DNA of 57,812 nt from the IMG/VR virus record IMGVR_UViG_3300028048_003162; one strand, 5' to 3'. Of the stretch, positions 1-9,451 are shown piece by piece. The notes below the pieces were generated by a model. That model saw only the letters and a list, made by a program, of their open reading frames with translations. It did not search any database and was not told the DNA's origin. Every line of letters starts with the position of its first letter. Within the stretch, counting starts at the first letter, position 1. This DNA comes from an uncultured virus (IMG/VR IMGVR_UViG_3300028048_003162). Its lineage: Duplodnaviria > Heunggongvirae > Uroviricota > Caudoviricetes. The position numbers and the translations under genes are program-made.

Positions 1-372
1 ATTCCTACAAACCTGATTGGAGATAGACCAGAGGAAAGAAGAAAGAAGGACATTGCAGCTTTAGCTAGATACCTTAAGTCAGAGTATGATAAGGGTAACA
101 CACAATTGGAGTTAGCATTGTTTAGTAGGAACACTACACATAAGATTAGAATAAATGGAAAAGGACCTCGTGGAGAGGCATTGGTAATTGAGTACAATGC
201 ATATGCAATTAGACATTGGGATATCGAGTTACTTAATGAAAAATTGTTAATACCTTGTGGGTTTAGAGTATGCAGGATTCAACCTTGTGAGGTACTTCCT
301 TCTAAAACAGGGGTATCATTTATGTTTACTCTTGAGGACGTAAGAGATAAAATTGATATGCATAGGTTCTAA
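1..372 (+). CDS. Hypothetical protein, 5'-truncated by the window edge
   Basis: Frame is open from base 1 (IPTNLIGDRPEE...) through the track ORF 106..372. Confidence 0.7.
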   Translation: MPTNLIGDRPEERRKKDIAALARYLKSEYDKGNTQLELALFSRNTTHKIRINGKGPRGEALVIEYNAYAIRHWDIELLNEKLLIPCGFRVCRIQPCEVLPSKTGVSFMFTLEDVRDKIDMHRF

Positions 373-400
373 GATGATTTGAATAAGGTAGGACAGATAA

Positions 401-748
401 ATGGCAATTGTAATTGGTATAGTACTTATATTTTTATTGTGTCTAGCAATAAAAGCTTTTTTGAATCTTAGAGAAATAAAGAGAGAGTTCACTTGTAGTA
501 ATTGTGGACATATGTCAGATATATTGGAGTCTGGGTTAAAATGTGATAAATGTCATAGGACTTATGCTAAGACATATAAGAAATGGATATTTTATTTCAC
601 AGCTACAGTGGTGACTTTAGATACCAGACATAATTGGTTTAAGTATAGATACAAAGAAGTAAGAAAATATTTCTTAAGGGAAATAGTAATAATCAGTTTA
701 TGTATGATAATGCTTGGGGCATTTTTAGTAATACAGTTAGCTAAATGA
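401..748 (+). CDS. Small membrane protein with Zn-ribbon
   Basis: N- and C-terminal hydrophobic helices; CxxC...CxxC; AGGA RBS. Confidence 0.7.
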   Translation: MAIVIGIVLIFLLCLAIKAFLNLREIKREFTCSNCGHMSDILESGLKCDKCHRTYAKTYKKWIFYFTATVVTLDTRHNWFKYRYKEVRKYFLREIVIISLCMIMLGAFLVIQLAK

Positions 749-763
749 AAGGACAGTTAAAGA

Positions 764-1702
764 ATGAAATTAACAGTTAGGCAACCAATAGCAAAAAATG
801 ATGGAACATGTGAATTAAGAAATGTATCAGTAACAGACATTGTAGTTAATGGATATGCACTTATGGCTATTGATGGTTCTACATCTAATTCAGGTGTGGC
901 TATTATGAGACAGCATGATTGTGCAATATTATACATTATTTCAGCTGAAAGAGACAAAAAGAATGAGTCACCTGTCAGGTACAAAATTGAGTTGAAACGT
1001 GCAATTAAGGATATACTTGCACGAAATAGATTTATTGATCAGATATACTATGAGGAACCTGTCATTGCTAATTTGAGTGCAGTATCTAATTTGTTTATGT
1101 TAAGGGCTTTCATTGAGGAAATGATCATTGAAAATGAGCCTGACTTTGACTACTTACAGCACTATGAAGTTCCTAATATGCGTTGGAAAAAATTATTCCT
1201 GGAGCCTGAAAAAGTACCTCAGTTCACAGATAATCAGAAAGAAGCAGTTAGAAATAAATTGATTACAGGGCTTCCTTTCTTAAGTGTCATCACACAAGAT
1301 GAGGTTGATGCATTATGTATGGGATTTGTATGTTGTCAGACACTAGCAAAGGGTGGTTCTGGTGAGGACATTCAGGCAAAGAAGAAAGCACATAGGTTTA
1401 AGTATAATATCAAGTTTATTGGTGCCGACGACAATGACTCAATGTTAGTTGAGCTTTGGGACATTTATGATGGACCTGAAAGCATTTTACAGAATGGCAT
1501 TAGATTGACAGAGATTGACAGTAAGACAAAGTTTGAACAGCACATATTTGAGACAATGGGCGACGATGATGCTTTGATAATCGTCAAATTTTCATCTAAA
1601 CATCACTCAAATCTTGTGCTTGAACATAGAATTGGTAACTTGTCTGCTATGTATGATTATATATACGCAGTTGTTTGGAGAGTTGCAAGGAAAAGAAATT
1701 AG
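764..1702 (+). CDS. RuvC-like Holliday junction resolvase (RNase H fold) with C-terminal extension
   Basis: MAIDGSTSNSGVA, IYYEEP, WKK and DEVDALCMG match the RuvC-family acidic tetrad layout. Confidence 0.7.
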   Translation: MKLTVRQPIAKNDGTCELRNVSVTDIVVNGYALMAIDGSTSNSGVAIMRQHDCAILYIISAERDKKNESPVRYKIELKRAIKDILARNRFIDQIYYEEPVIANLSAVSNLFMLRAFIEEMIIENEPDFDYLQHYEVPNMRWKKLFLEPEKVPQFTDNQKEAVRNKLITGLPFLSVITQDEVDALCMGFVCCQTLAKGGSGEDIQAKKKAHRFKYNIKFIGADDNDSMLVELWDIYDGPESILQNGIRLTEIDSKTKFEQHIFETMGDDDALIIVKFSSKHHSNLVLEHRIGNLSAMYDYIYAVVWRVARKRN

Positions 1703-1740
1703 CTATACACTATATTAAATTGAAAGGCGGTAGCAAGAAA

Positions 1741-2319
1741 ATGAGTAAGTGTGAATGGTGTGGTAATGAGCAAGGAATATTAAATCAGTACACAGATGCA
1801 ATTGGTGAGACACATAGTATTTGTAAGGATTGCCTTAGTAAAGTAAATGATTGCATTTGTAGAAAGTGTGGTACACCTACAGATTCTGAAATGATGATCA
1901 ATGGACTTTGTACAAATTGTGTTCAGGCAGACATGATGGAGAAGAGCAAGAAAAGAGAAGAAATCAGCATGGGGCTTCTTGACATTGATGGTGAGTGCTC
2001 AGCAGACACAGAAATGTCAGAGGCAGATTATGATGCTTGGGTTACATCAAGACCTATTTATGGACCTAAGGATTTGGCAAAGAGTTTAATTGCTAGAAAG
2101 ATGTGGATCATGGTCAAATTAAATGCATCAGGTATTTATGATGAAAAGACCATTGGAGATTATTATAAAGACATCGAAACACTTCTCGACAGATGCTTGA
2201 GTAAGTTGATTGGAAATAAGTGTCAGCTGGTAATTGGAAATAACGCTGAAAGAAGACGGCAGATCAGAGAAGGAAATGTAATTGACTTCGAGAATGAAGT
2301 TTATATTTTAGCAAAGTAG
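1741..2319 (+). CDS. Hypothetical double Zn-ribbon protein
   Basis: Four CxxC pairs in the N-terminal 65 aa; ATG 1741 preferred over the overlapping TTG 1675. Confidence 0.7.
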   Translation: MSKCEWCGNEQGILNQYTDAIGETHSICKDCLSKVNDCICRKCGTPTDSEMMINGLCTNCVQADMMEKSKKREEISMGLLDIDGECSADTEMSEADYDAWVTSRPIYGPKDLAKSLIARKMWIMVKLNASGIYDEKTIGDYYKDIETLLDRCLSKLIGNKCQLVIGNNAERRRQIREGNVIDFENEVYILAK

Positions 2320-2332
2320 GGGATAATACAGG

Positions 2333-3499
2333 ATGATTAATGAGAATACATTGAAGAGTTTGAATAAATATGCATTTGGAGCAGATGTGGACTCGCTTGA
2401 GTCTTTTATAATTGATTGTAAACAGGCTTCAGTACTTGCAGACTACAGAAAGTATGGTGACTCATACATGAGATTGAGTAAGTTGTTTAAGGAAATCAAG
2501 TCTGAATCAAAGGCTTTTAGTGATTCTACATCTATTGTTGATGAGATACCTATGGGGGATTTTGATTTCATATTTGATGAGCATAGGAACAAGAGGCTTC
2601 ATAGGGTGTATGGTAATCATTTAGAGAACACAGTGGACTTCAAGAATAGTATCAATAATCATCCTGAAAAAGTAGTAGACCTGGTTGGAATGGTAAATGT
2701 ACTTGGTGTTGATATAATTTGCACATATGTTTATGGGAACTTATACAAGATATATGCAGTTGGAGCAGATAGTTTGTATTTGGATCTCACAGAAGAATTA
2801 AGTGGTGCAGCCCCTAAAAGATTAGAGGGCATTAAGAAATATATGCTAGCACAGTTAAGTGGTGTGGCAATATCAAGTTTAAGAAATAACAAACATGGAA
2901 ATTGTATTACAGATACAATTAGGTGTTTAAGATGTCATAGGAATTACGATTCTATTTCTTTGGTATTTAAGAATATGTACCTTGAGGCTGACGATGATGA
3001 CACTGAGTTACCTTATGATAATCAATGGGATAAATTGGAGTACATGAGAGGAATGGGGTTAACAGTTCCTAATCATGGTTTAGTCAGAGGGGTGGACAGT
3101 GAGACAGTAGGAAGTGCATTTAATGCATTAGATGACTTCTTTGTAAAGAGTAAAAGTGCTGATTCATTAGAAGCAGGGCTTGATAAAGATGGCTATATCA
3201 TCAAAGTAAATGATTTGACCAGTGATGAAATTTTAGAGGAATCAGTAATATACATATCCGATTGCATAGATTCACAGGAAGTTTTTAAGGCTAAAGTTAA
3301 GGGCATAAAGTTGTGTAATGGAGAATATGGAATTGAGCAGGTAGCAAGTATAGTTGAGCATAGATGTAATGTAAGATGCACAGTTGATACAGTTTTTATA
3401 AATGATATATACAGAGTAGAAGAACAAGGGATAACAGTTGGAAAACCAATAAGCTTTAGAGTAATTGATAATGTGGCAGAGATATTCATAGGAAATTAA
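2333..3499 (+). CDS. Degenerate NAD-dependent DNA ligase N-terminal half (adenylation + OB domains), lacks KxDG lysine
   Basis: VNVLGVDIICTYVYGNL aligns by eye to the KxDG region; DGYIIKVND resembles motif IV; C-terminus resembles the LigA OB fold. Confidence 0.65.
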   Translation: MINENTLKSLNKYAFGADVDSLESFIIDCKQASVLADYRKYGDSYMRLSKLFKEIKSESKAFSDSTSIVDEIPMGDFDFIFDEHRNKRLHRVYGNHLENTVDFKNSINNHPEKVVDLVGMVNVLGVDIICTYVYGNLYKIYAVGADSLYLDLTEELSGAAPKRLEGIKKYMLAQLSGVAISSLRNNKHGNCITDTIRCLRCHRNYDSISLVFKNMYLEADDDDTELPYDNQWDKLEYMRGMGLTVPNHGLVRGVDSETVGSAFNALDDFFVKSKSADSLEAGLDKDGYIIKVNDLTSDEILEESVIYISDCIDSQEVFKAKVKGIKLCNGEYGIEQVASIVEHRCNVRCTVDTVFINDIYRVEEQGITVGKPISFRVIDNVAEIFIGN

Positions 3500-3606
3500 G
3501 TAAAAGACATGCAGAACGTCCTGTCAATTATATAAAAATAAAATTAGTTTAATTTTTGTCTTGAAATTGGACTAGTTTTGAAAGGATTCATGCGGAGGAA
3601 AGTGTA

Positions 3607-5187
3607 ATGGACAAAACAAATATGTTTGATGATGCTCTTCTAGATGATATGGACTTAGCAGATGAATTTGAGGACATGGATTTAGAGGAGGAAAGTGAAG
3701 ATGATGCAGGGACAAATGAGGAGGAGTTACTAGACGACTTTGATATTGAGGATGATGAGCCACTGGCAAAGGCACTTGAGAACAGTGATGAAAGTGATAC
3801 AGTATCTGAAATTGAGGAAAATGCACAGGATTATTCAGATGGTACACCTGTAGAAGATGACTTACATGAAGAAGATGAGGAAGAGACACTTCATGAGGAA
3901 TCTAGTTTTATAAGTGACACAGGTAATATTGTGGTGCAGGACACTGATGATAATGGTAATGGCTTCTCATTGGTGTATATACCTATTGAGAATATTGCCA
4001 TTACACAGAGAATTAGAAAGATTGGCTCTGTAGAGGGTTTAGTTAAGTCAATTAAAAGTACTGGACTTCTGAAACCTATTGTTGTAGCACCTACTTTGAC
4101 AGATAACCTTTATGTATTATTGGATGGCTATCAGAGAATACAGGCTTGTGCACGAGCAGGAAAAACGGTCATGCCTTGTATTGTAAACAACAGAGTAAAT
4201 ACACCTGAAATACCTATTTTGGAGGCTATGTACAATCACTCAAAGAAGTACTCAATTAAAGAGCAGGTTGACTACATTGATTACTTGGAGAATCAGAAGG
4301 GTATTATGAATCCTTCAATGATTGAGTATTTGTTACAGATGAATAGTGGTGATTACACTAAGTTAAAAGATATACTTGATGATAATGACGACGACATTGT
4401 AACTAAAATGTTTGATGGCGTATATGATATTGCAACTGCATTCAAGAAATTGGAGCAGAGGCGTAAGAAAGAATCACAGGAAGAGAAAGAAAATAAGAAG
4501 GCAGCTAAGGTTTATGAGAATGAAGAGACCTCTGGAGCAGCTCAAATTGAGGGTTCAGGCGAGGAGGCTGAAGGAGAGGCACTCAGTGAGGAACAGATTA
4601 AGTCATTGGCAGTAAACCTTGACAACCTGGATGATGAGGTTGAGAATGAATCCTTAAATGACATGGTTGAAAAAGACAATAACATTGAAGGATTTGAACC
4701 TCATAAGCAAAAAACAGGTGAACGTGAGTTTATTGATCCTGCTATTAAGAAATCAGCAATGGCACGTGATAATTTCACTTGTAGATGCTGCAATAGGGGT
4801 GGTGAGCAGTATGTAGATATTCTTGATGCACACCATGTAGTTCCTGTATTTCTTGGTGGTGTAGACAGTTTGGATAATACAGTAATGCTTTGTGTAGCTT
4901 GTCATAGACTTGTACACTTGTATTCTACAGGAGATTTGAACATTGACCCTGCTTTGAGTAAAGACAACTATGGTGAATTGACAGAGGATCAACAGAAAAG
5001 ATATGAGAACAAAGAGATTTTTGAGGATGAAAAGAGAAGATTCAAGAAGATCATTGTTTTTGGAAGTAGAATTAGACATGGCATTGCTGATAAAGGAATG
5101 AACAGAGAGAAATATAAGAAAGAGCATCCTAATACAGGAATTGGTCGTAGAAAACCTGGAGCTAAGACACCTCAAGATTATGCATAA
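3607..5187 (+). CDS. ParB/Srx-like domain + HNH endonuclease fusion with acidic N-terminus
   Basis: SIKSTGLLKPIVV...LLDGYQRIQAC (ParB N-domain); RDNFTCRCC...DAHHVVP..GG...NTVMLCVACHRLVH (HNH). Confidence 0.85.
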   Translation: MDKTNMFDDALLDDMDLADEFEDMDLEEESEDDAGTNEEELLDDFDIEDDEPLAKALENSDESDTVSEIEENAQDYSDGTPVEDDLHEEDEEETLHEESSFISDTGNIVVQDTDDNGNGFSLVYIPIENIAITQRIRKIGSVEGLVKSIKSTGLLKPIVVAPTLTDNLYVLLDGYQRIQACARAGKTVMPCIVNNRVNTPEIPILEAMYNHSKKYSIKEQVDYIDYLENQKGIMNPSMIEYLLQMNSGDYTKLKDILDDNDDDIVTKMFDGVYDIATAFKKLEQRRKKESQEEKENKKAAKVYENEETSGAAQIEGSGEEAEGEALSEEQIKSLAVNLDNLDDEVENESLNDMVEKDNNIEGFEPHKQKTGEREFIDPAIKKSAMARDNFTCRCCNRGGEQYVDILDAHHVVPVFLGGVDSLDNTVMLCVACHRLVHLYSTGDLNIDPALSKDNYGELTEDQQKRYENKEIFEDEKRRFKKIIVFGSRIRHGIADKGMNREKYKKEHPNTGIGRRKPGAKTPQDYA

Positions 5188-5214
5188 CATAGAGAAAATA
5201 GGAGGACATAGAAC

Positions 5215-5442
5215 ATGTTTAGGAAAAACAATGAAAACGAAGAAAATGAAGTAAGTGGCGGACAAGTATTTGGTTACATACTTATTGGTTTAGCAGTTGT
5301 AATTATAATTGCATTTGTTATCTTTGTAGGAATAAAGATGGCAACAGGTGGTGGTAAGAAAGATGCAAAGCCACAACAGGTTGCCAGCGTAGAGGTTTCA
5401 ACATTGGCATTGGAAGATGAGGAAAAGCCTGTGGTTGAATAA
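5215..5442 (+). CDS. Small single-pass membrane protein
   Basis: One hydrophobic helix; GGAGG RBS. Confidence 0.7.
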   Translation: MFRKNNENEENEVSGGQVFGYILIGLAVVIIIAFVIFVGIKMATGGGKKDAKPQQVASVEVSTLALEDEEKPVVE

Positions 5443-5496
5443 GGAACAGACATAACTAAGTAAGGAAGAGTAAAGAAAGAGCAGGAGCATAGATAG

Positions 5497-6483
5497 ATGG
5501 GAGTATCATTTAGTGAGGCAGTAAAAAATGAATTAGTGTCAGAGGAAACACTAAAGGTAATACCTAAAAGATGTTTATGTGGCAGTGAGTTAGAGTTTTC
5601 AGACTCACTAAAGGAATTGAAATGTACAGATAAGAATTGTAAGCAGACAGTAATTGCTAGAGTTTGTACATTTTGTAAAAAATTGGGCATACCTTTAAGT
5701 TATGAGGATGTAAGTTATATTGTAAATAACATTGGAATTGTAACACCTTATCAAATTATGATGCTTGATGAATTAAATAAAGAGAACAGTTCTTTATTGG
5801 GAATGGTCTACAACATTGATGAGGTGCTGCAAGTTATTGAAAATATAAAACAGAATGAATATCTTTTGAACTATGTAGTTGAATTATGTGGCATTGAAGA
5901 TATTGCTAATATAGCAGAGAAAATGTTTTATGGTTTTAAAAGTTTAGATGAGGCATACAACGAAATTGAGATTGGACAGGTAACATTTGTAAATGAACGT
6001 TTAGGAATTAAGAAGCCTGACAGTAGTATTATTTCAGTAAGGATTTATAATGAATTGTTAGACAGTAAGGAAGAGCTTTTGTTTGGAGAGACACAGTTCA
6101 AAATAAAAGAGTATGACTCCCCTAGATTGAATATAGCATTTTGTGATAATACAATACCATTTATAAATAAATCTGAACTTATAGAGGAATGGAATTACAA
6201 GTATGGTTGCATATTTAATCAAGTGACAATCATTGGAGAGAATACAGATATACTTGTGAAAAATGTAGATGGAGCAAGTAGTAAGGTTAGGGCAGCTAGG
6301 ACAATAAATGATGAGTACACAGCTGAATTGATGAATAATACTGGTATGGAGTTAAGAGACATAGGAAAATATGAAGAGGGCAAGCTAAAACCTATTGGTA
6401 GCAAGTTGTTTGTTGAGTCATTAGCAAACATAGAGAGTAGGTTGCAGTATATGATAGATAAGGGATACACAATAAAGAGTTGA
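5497..6483 (+). CDS. NAD-dependent DNA ligase C-terminal-half-like protein (Zn finger, HhH, BRCT)
   Basis: PKRCLCGSEL...LKCTDKNC Zn finger; LGIP/CGIEDI HhH-like; ENTDILVKNVDGASSKVRAAR BRCT-like. Confidence 0.65.
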   Translation: MGVSFSEAVKNELVSEETLKVIPKRCLCGSELEFSDSLKELKCTDKNCKQTVIARVCTFCKKLGIPLSYEDVSYIVNNIGIVTPYQIMMLDELNKENSSLLGMVYNIDEVLQVIENIKQNEYLLNYVVELCGIEDIANIAEKMFYGFKSLDEAYNEIEIGQVTFVNERLGIKKPDSSIISVRIYNELLDSKEELLFGETQFKIKEYDSPRLNIAFCDNTIPFINKSELIEEWNYKYGCIFNQVTIIGENTDILVKNVDGASSKVRAARTINDEYTAELMNNTGMELRDIGKYEEGKLKPIGSKLFVESLANIESRLQYMIDKGYTIKS

Positions 6484-6513
6484 GAGGGCAAGGAAAATTG
6501 GAGTGATTAGACA

Positions 6514-6960
6514 GTGTACAATTTAATTGGTAAGTGCTATAAAGATTTAGACATATATGAGTTTAAGGTTGAACATGAAGGAAACATAGAGTATTTAAGT
6601 AGAGACAGGGTAATTGAATTGGCATCAGCAGGAGAAATTGAGGGTGTGCATACAGTTACTGATATAGATGGCAAGATAAAATTGTTAGTGGACAAAGGGT
6701 TAAGTAGTTTAGACACTTGTGTTAATGAAGATAGACATAAAATGAAAATAATAGGCAGGATGGTAAATTCAGACGAGAGATGTATAGGCTATGTGGTAGT
6801 TGGAGACAACAAGAAAGAATACAGACTTAGCATTGGTAAGGTTTGGGAAATGACCATTAATCATAATATAGATGGTGTGAAAGCAGTTATTAAAAATGAT
6901 AGAAAGTATTTATTGAGTATTGACCCAGGGTTTTTAAGTAACCTGCCTAAAATAAAATAA
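6514..6960 (+). CDS. Tandem DUF3892-like domain protein
   Basis: Two ~70-aa repeats (LSRDRVIELASAGEIEGV; LSIGKVWEMTINHNIDGVKAV..RKYLLS..LSNLP). Confidence 0.55.
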   Translation: MYNLIGKCYKDLDIYEFKVEHEGNIEYLSRDRVIELASAGEIEGVHTVTDIDGKIKLLVDKGLSSLDTCVNEDRHKMKIIGRMVNSDERCIGYVVVGDNKKEYRLSIGKVWEMTINHNIDGVKAVIKNDRKYLLSIDPGFLSNLPKIK

Positions 6961-6974
6961 GGTAAGACATCAAT

Positions 6975-7003
6975 TTGACAAATAACTAGTTGTGTGTTAT
7001 AAT
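6975..7003 (+). promoter_or_regulatory. Sigma-A type promoter
   Basis: TTGACA-N17-TATAAT with extended TG. Confidence 0.7.
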
Positions 7004-7060
7004 ATAAGAGTAATAAGGAGATAGTTTGAACAATGATGTACACAGTTGAACGAAAGAATA

Positions 7061-7100
7061 GACCCAATAGACTAGTTAATCTTTAGGCTATTGGGTTTAT
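7061..7100 (+). terminator. Intrinsic terminator-like hairpin
   Basis: GACCCAATAG/CTATTGGGTT inverted repeat followed by T-rich sequence. Confidence 0.55.
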
Positions 7101-7128
7101 TGCTTTATTTGGAACATTGTGGTATAAT
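7100..7128 (+). promoter_or_regulatory. Sigma-A type promoter for infC
   Basis: TTGCTT-N17-TATAAT with TG at -15. Confidence 0.6.
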
Positions 7129-7171
7129 AAAGAAAAAATAAAAAATAAAAATAAAAAGGAGAGCAATTTAA

Positions 7172-7681
7172 TTGAAAACAAAAGACAGACCTGTAGAAAT
7201 TAAGTCATCAGTAGTGAATGTAATCATGGAGGATGGAAAGATCAATCAGATGGTTACAAAAGAGGCACAGAAGTTAGCAGAAGAGCAGGGTTTAGATTTG
7301 ATTCTGCTTAACAATTCAGGGGATGTGCCTGTAGTTAAAATTGGAGATTACAACAAATATATCTATGAGAAAAACAAGAAAGCAAAAGAGAGTAAAAAGA
7401 GACAGAAAGCAAGTTCTCAGACACTGAAAGAGATTCAGATCAGTGACTCAATTGCAGAGCATGACTTGGAAATCAAGGCTAAATCAGTGGACAGGTTATT
7501 ATCAGAAGGACATAAGGTTCAGCTGTCAATCAGGTACAAAGGAAGAGCGATCGCCTTTATTAAAGGTGGTATTGAAAAGCTTGAGCACTTGGAATCAAGA
7601 GTGACAGTGAATCATAAGATAGATAAAGCAGCTAAAATTAGTGGTAATCAGGTTACAATGATGATATCACCCACTAAGTAA
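7172..7681 (+). CDS. infC: Translation initiation factor IF-3
   Basis: EAQKLAEEQGLDL, PVVKIGDYNKYIYE, LKEIQISDSIAEHDL, GHKVQLSIRYKGR; TTG start with AAGGAG RBS. Confidence 0.93.
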   Translation: MKTKDRPVEIKSSVVNVIMEDGKINQMVTKEAQKLAEEQGLDLILLNNSGDVPVVKIGDYNKYIYEKNKKAKESKKRQKASSQTLKEIQISDSIAEHDLEIKAKSVDRLLSEGHKVQLSIRYKGRAIAFIKGGIEKLEHLESRVTVNHKIDKAAKISGNQVTMMISPTK

Positions 7682-7705
7682 GCATGGACATGGAGGTGTT
7701 TAACT

Positions 7706-8350
7706 TTGACACAGAAACAAAAAGACATTTCACTTGTAGTTGGTGTGATAATTGCACTGATTATAATTGGATTGACAGGTAGGTACATAACTAATCATAG
7801 TGGAGGAACAACTGCAGACAATGTAGTTGAGAATACACAGTCTGGGAAAGATGATAGCATTACAATCAATGGAAGAGACAGTGATGCAAGTTCAGTAGAT
7901 CCTAAGATTAAGGCTAAATTGGACACTGATAAAAATATGAGTGCTCAGGGAATTGAACAGCAGAGCATTTCGGAAGAGACAGAGGATGATGCAGATGTAC
8001 AGACAGTTGAAAATGATGTGTACATAGTTAAACAGTCGGGTGATGCATTAGCAAGTTTAGTTGGTACTTGGGCAACTAACAATGGAGACATTGTTAAAAT
8101 TGTTGAGAGTAATGGAACTTGGAGCTACACAGCATACAAAATTGATAGCAACAAGACTTATAGCAATAAGTTGGTTTGTACTAGCAAAAAATTAAAGTTT
8201 AAGACAAACAAGAATAATAAGAAGTACAAGGAATATAGAATTGTAACATTACCTAGATCAGTTGAGAACAAGGTAACTGGGAAGAAATCAACAGTGTTTA
8301 CGATTGAGAGTACTAAAGGAAAAGCAATAATGCTTACTAAAGGTGAATAG
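7706..8350 (+). CDS. Membrane-anchored extracellular protein (possible lipocalin-like beta domain)
   Basis: N-terminal TM helix; LVGTW motif; GGAGGTG RBS with TTG start. Confidence 0.65.
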   Translation: MTQKQKDISLVVGVIIALIIIGLTGRYITNHSGGTTADNVVENTQSGKDDSITINGRDSDASSVDPKIKAKLDTDKNMSAQGIEQQSISEETEDDADVQTVENDVYIVKQSGDALASLVGTWATNNGDIVKIVESNGTWSYTAYKIDSNKTYSNKLVCTSKKLKFKTNKNNKKYKEYRIVTLPRSVENKVTGKKSTVFTIESTKGKAIMLTKGE

Positions 8351-8359
8351 GTACTTTTG

Positions 8360-8401
8360 TATAAGGTGATCAAGCAGTGAGTTTGATTACCTTATATTTT
8401 T
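8360..8401 (+). terminator. Intrinsic terminator
   Basis: TATAAGGTGATCAA/TTGATTACCTTATA stem + T run. Confidence 0.75.
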
Positions 8402-8537
8402 GATCTTTTTGAGATCAGATAGTTTAAGCATTGGGTGGTGCATAATTAAAATTAAGTATTTTGGTATGTCTCAAAGATGAGCACTTACATGATATAATAA
8501 TGAAATTATTATTTTATTTGATTGGAGGATTTTGATT

Positions 8538-9434
8538 ATGCAGTTGGTACTCATAGCAATCATTAAAGGTGGTAGGCAGTATAAACAAATTAGTGGGTTT
8601 AGAATAATTGACAGTGATACACGAGAAGTACAGGATATTGCATATAATAATGTAATTAGTACATTAAGAAATGGAAATGCAACAGTTGATGGAATTGATG
8701 TATCAGGGTCTGAACCTAAGGGCAGCAATGGTAGTTTTGATAGATATGCACAGATTGCTGATGGAGTACCTGTTGGTAAATGCCCTGCAGTGATATTAAA
8801 AGAGTATGCAAATAAGGTTTATGATGTGTCAGACCCTTTTGGTAGAGTGGTTCAGATGACAGAGCAATCAATAATTGATTATGCATCTGTAGAGGGTTTA
8901 GCCAACGGTAAGGTAGTAAATGAGCATATTAGCAGTATAAATGGATCATATAATGCTGATAAGTCATTACTTAGGGCAAAATCAGGAGACAAGCTGAAAC
9001 AGAAAATGCGTATACTTGGAGAGACTAATACAGTACTGAATGATGATAATTACTTAGAAAGTATAAAGTCAGACGAAGAAGCAGTATCAGTTGGCGTAGG
9101 TTGTTTAGGTATATGCAGTGAGGCGTTTAGGGAGTGTCCTAATGTAAAAGAGATACACTTACCTTCAACTTGTGTAAACTTTGATGAAAAAGCCTTTGCA
9201 GGTTTGAAATACTTGGAGAAGATAAATATACCTGATGGTACAGTGGAGATTTCTAGAATGTGTTTTTTGAATTGTAGGGCACTTAAGGAAATTGAGTTAC
9301 CTAACTCTATAAGGAAAGTTGGAGACAGTGCTTTTAGAGGAACAGCACTCAAGAAAGTAAGTGTAGGACCTGTAAGGTTTAGTCAGGGTAGGACTTGCTT
9401 CCCTGCATCAGCTAGGTTACAAATAAGACATTAG
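8538..9434 (+). CDS. Shared N-terminal module + BspA-type leucine-rich repeats (LRR_5)
   Basis: AFRECPNVKEIHLP, AFAGLKYLEKINIP, CFLNCRALKEIELPNSIRKVGDSAF; N-terminus paralogous to 9452 and 12194. Confidence 0.85.
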   Translation: MQLVLIAIIKGGRQYKQISGFRIIDSDTREVQDIAYNNVISTLRNGNATVDGIDVSGSEPKGSNGSFDRYAQIADGVPVGKCPAVILKEYANKVYDVSDPFGRVVQMTEQSIIDYASVEGLANGKVVNEHISSINGSYNADKSLLRAKSGDKLKQKMRILGETNTVLNDDNYLESIKSDEEAVSVGVGCLGICSEAFRECPNVKEIHLPSTCVNFDEKAFAGLKYLEKINIPDGTVEISRMCFLNCRALKEIELPNSIRKVGDSAFRGTALKKVSVGPVRFSQGRTCFPASARLQIRH

Positions 9435-9451
9435 GAGGAGGAAAGATAGAC

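Noticed and set aside
3607..5187. Intein or intron-encoded homing endonuclease splicing the ligase halves together
   Set aside because: Separate ORFs with their own RBSs and stops; no intein terminal motifs; intergenic gaps too short for an intron core
7160..7174. Canonical ATT start for infC
   Set aside because: An in-frame TAA sits immediately before TTG 7172 and the nearby ATT triplets are not usable in frame
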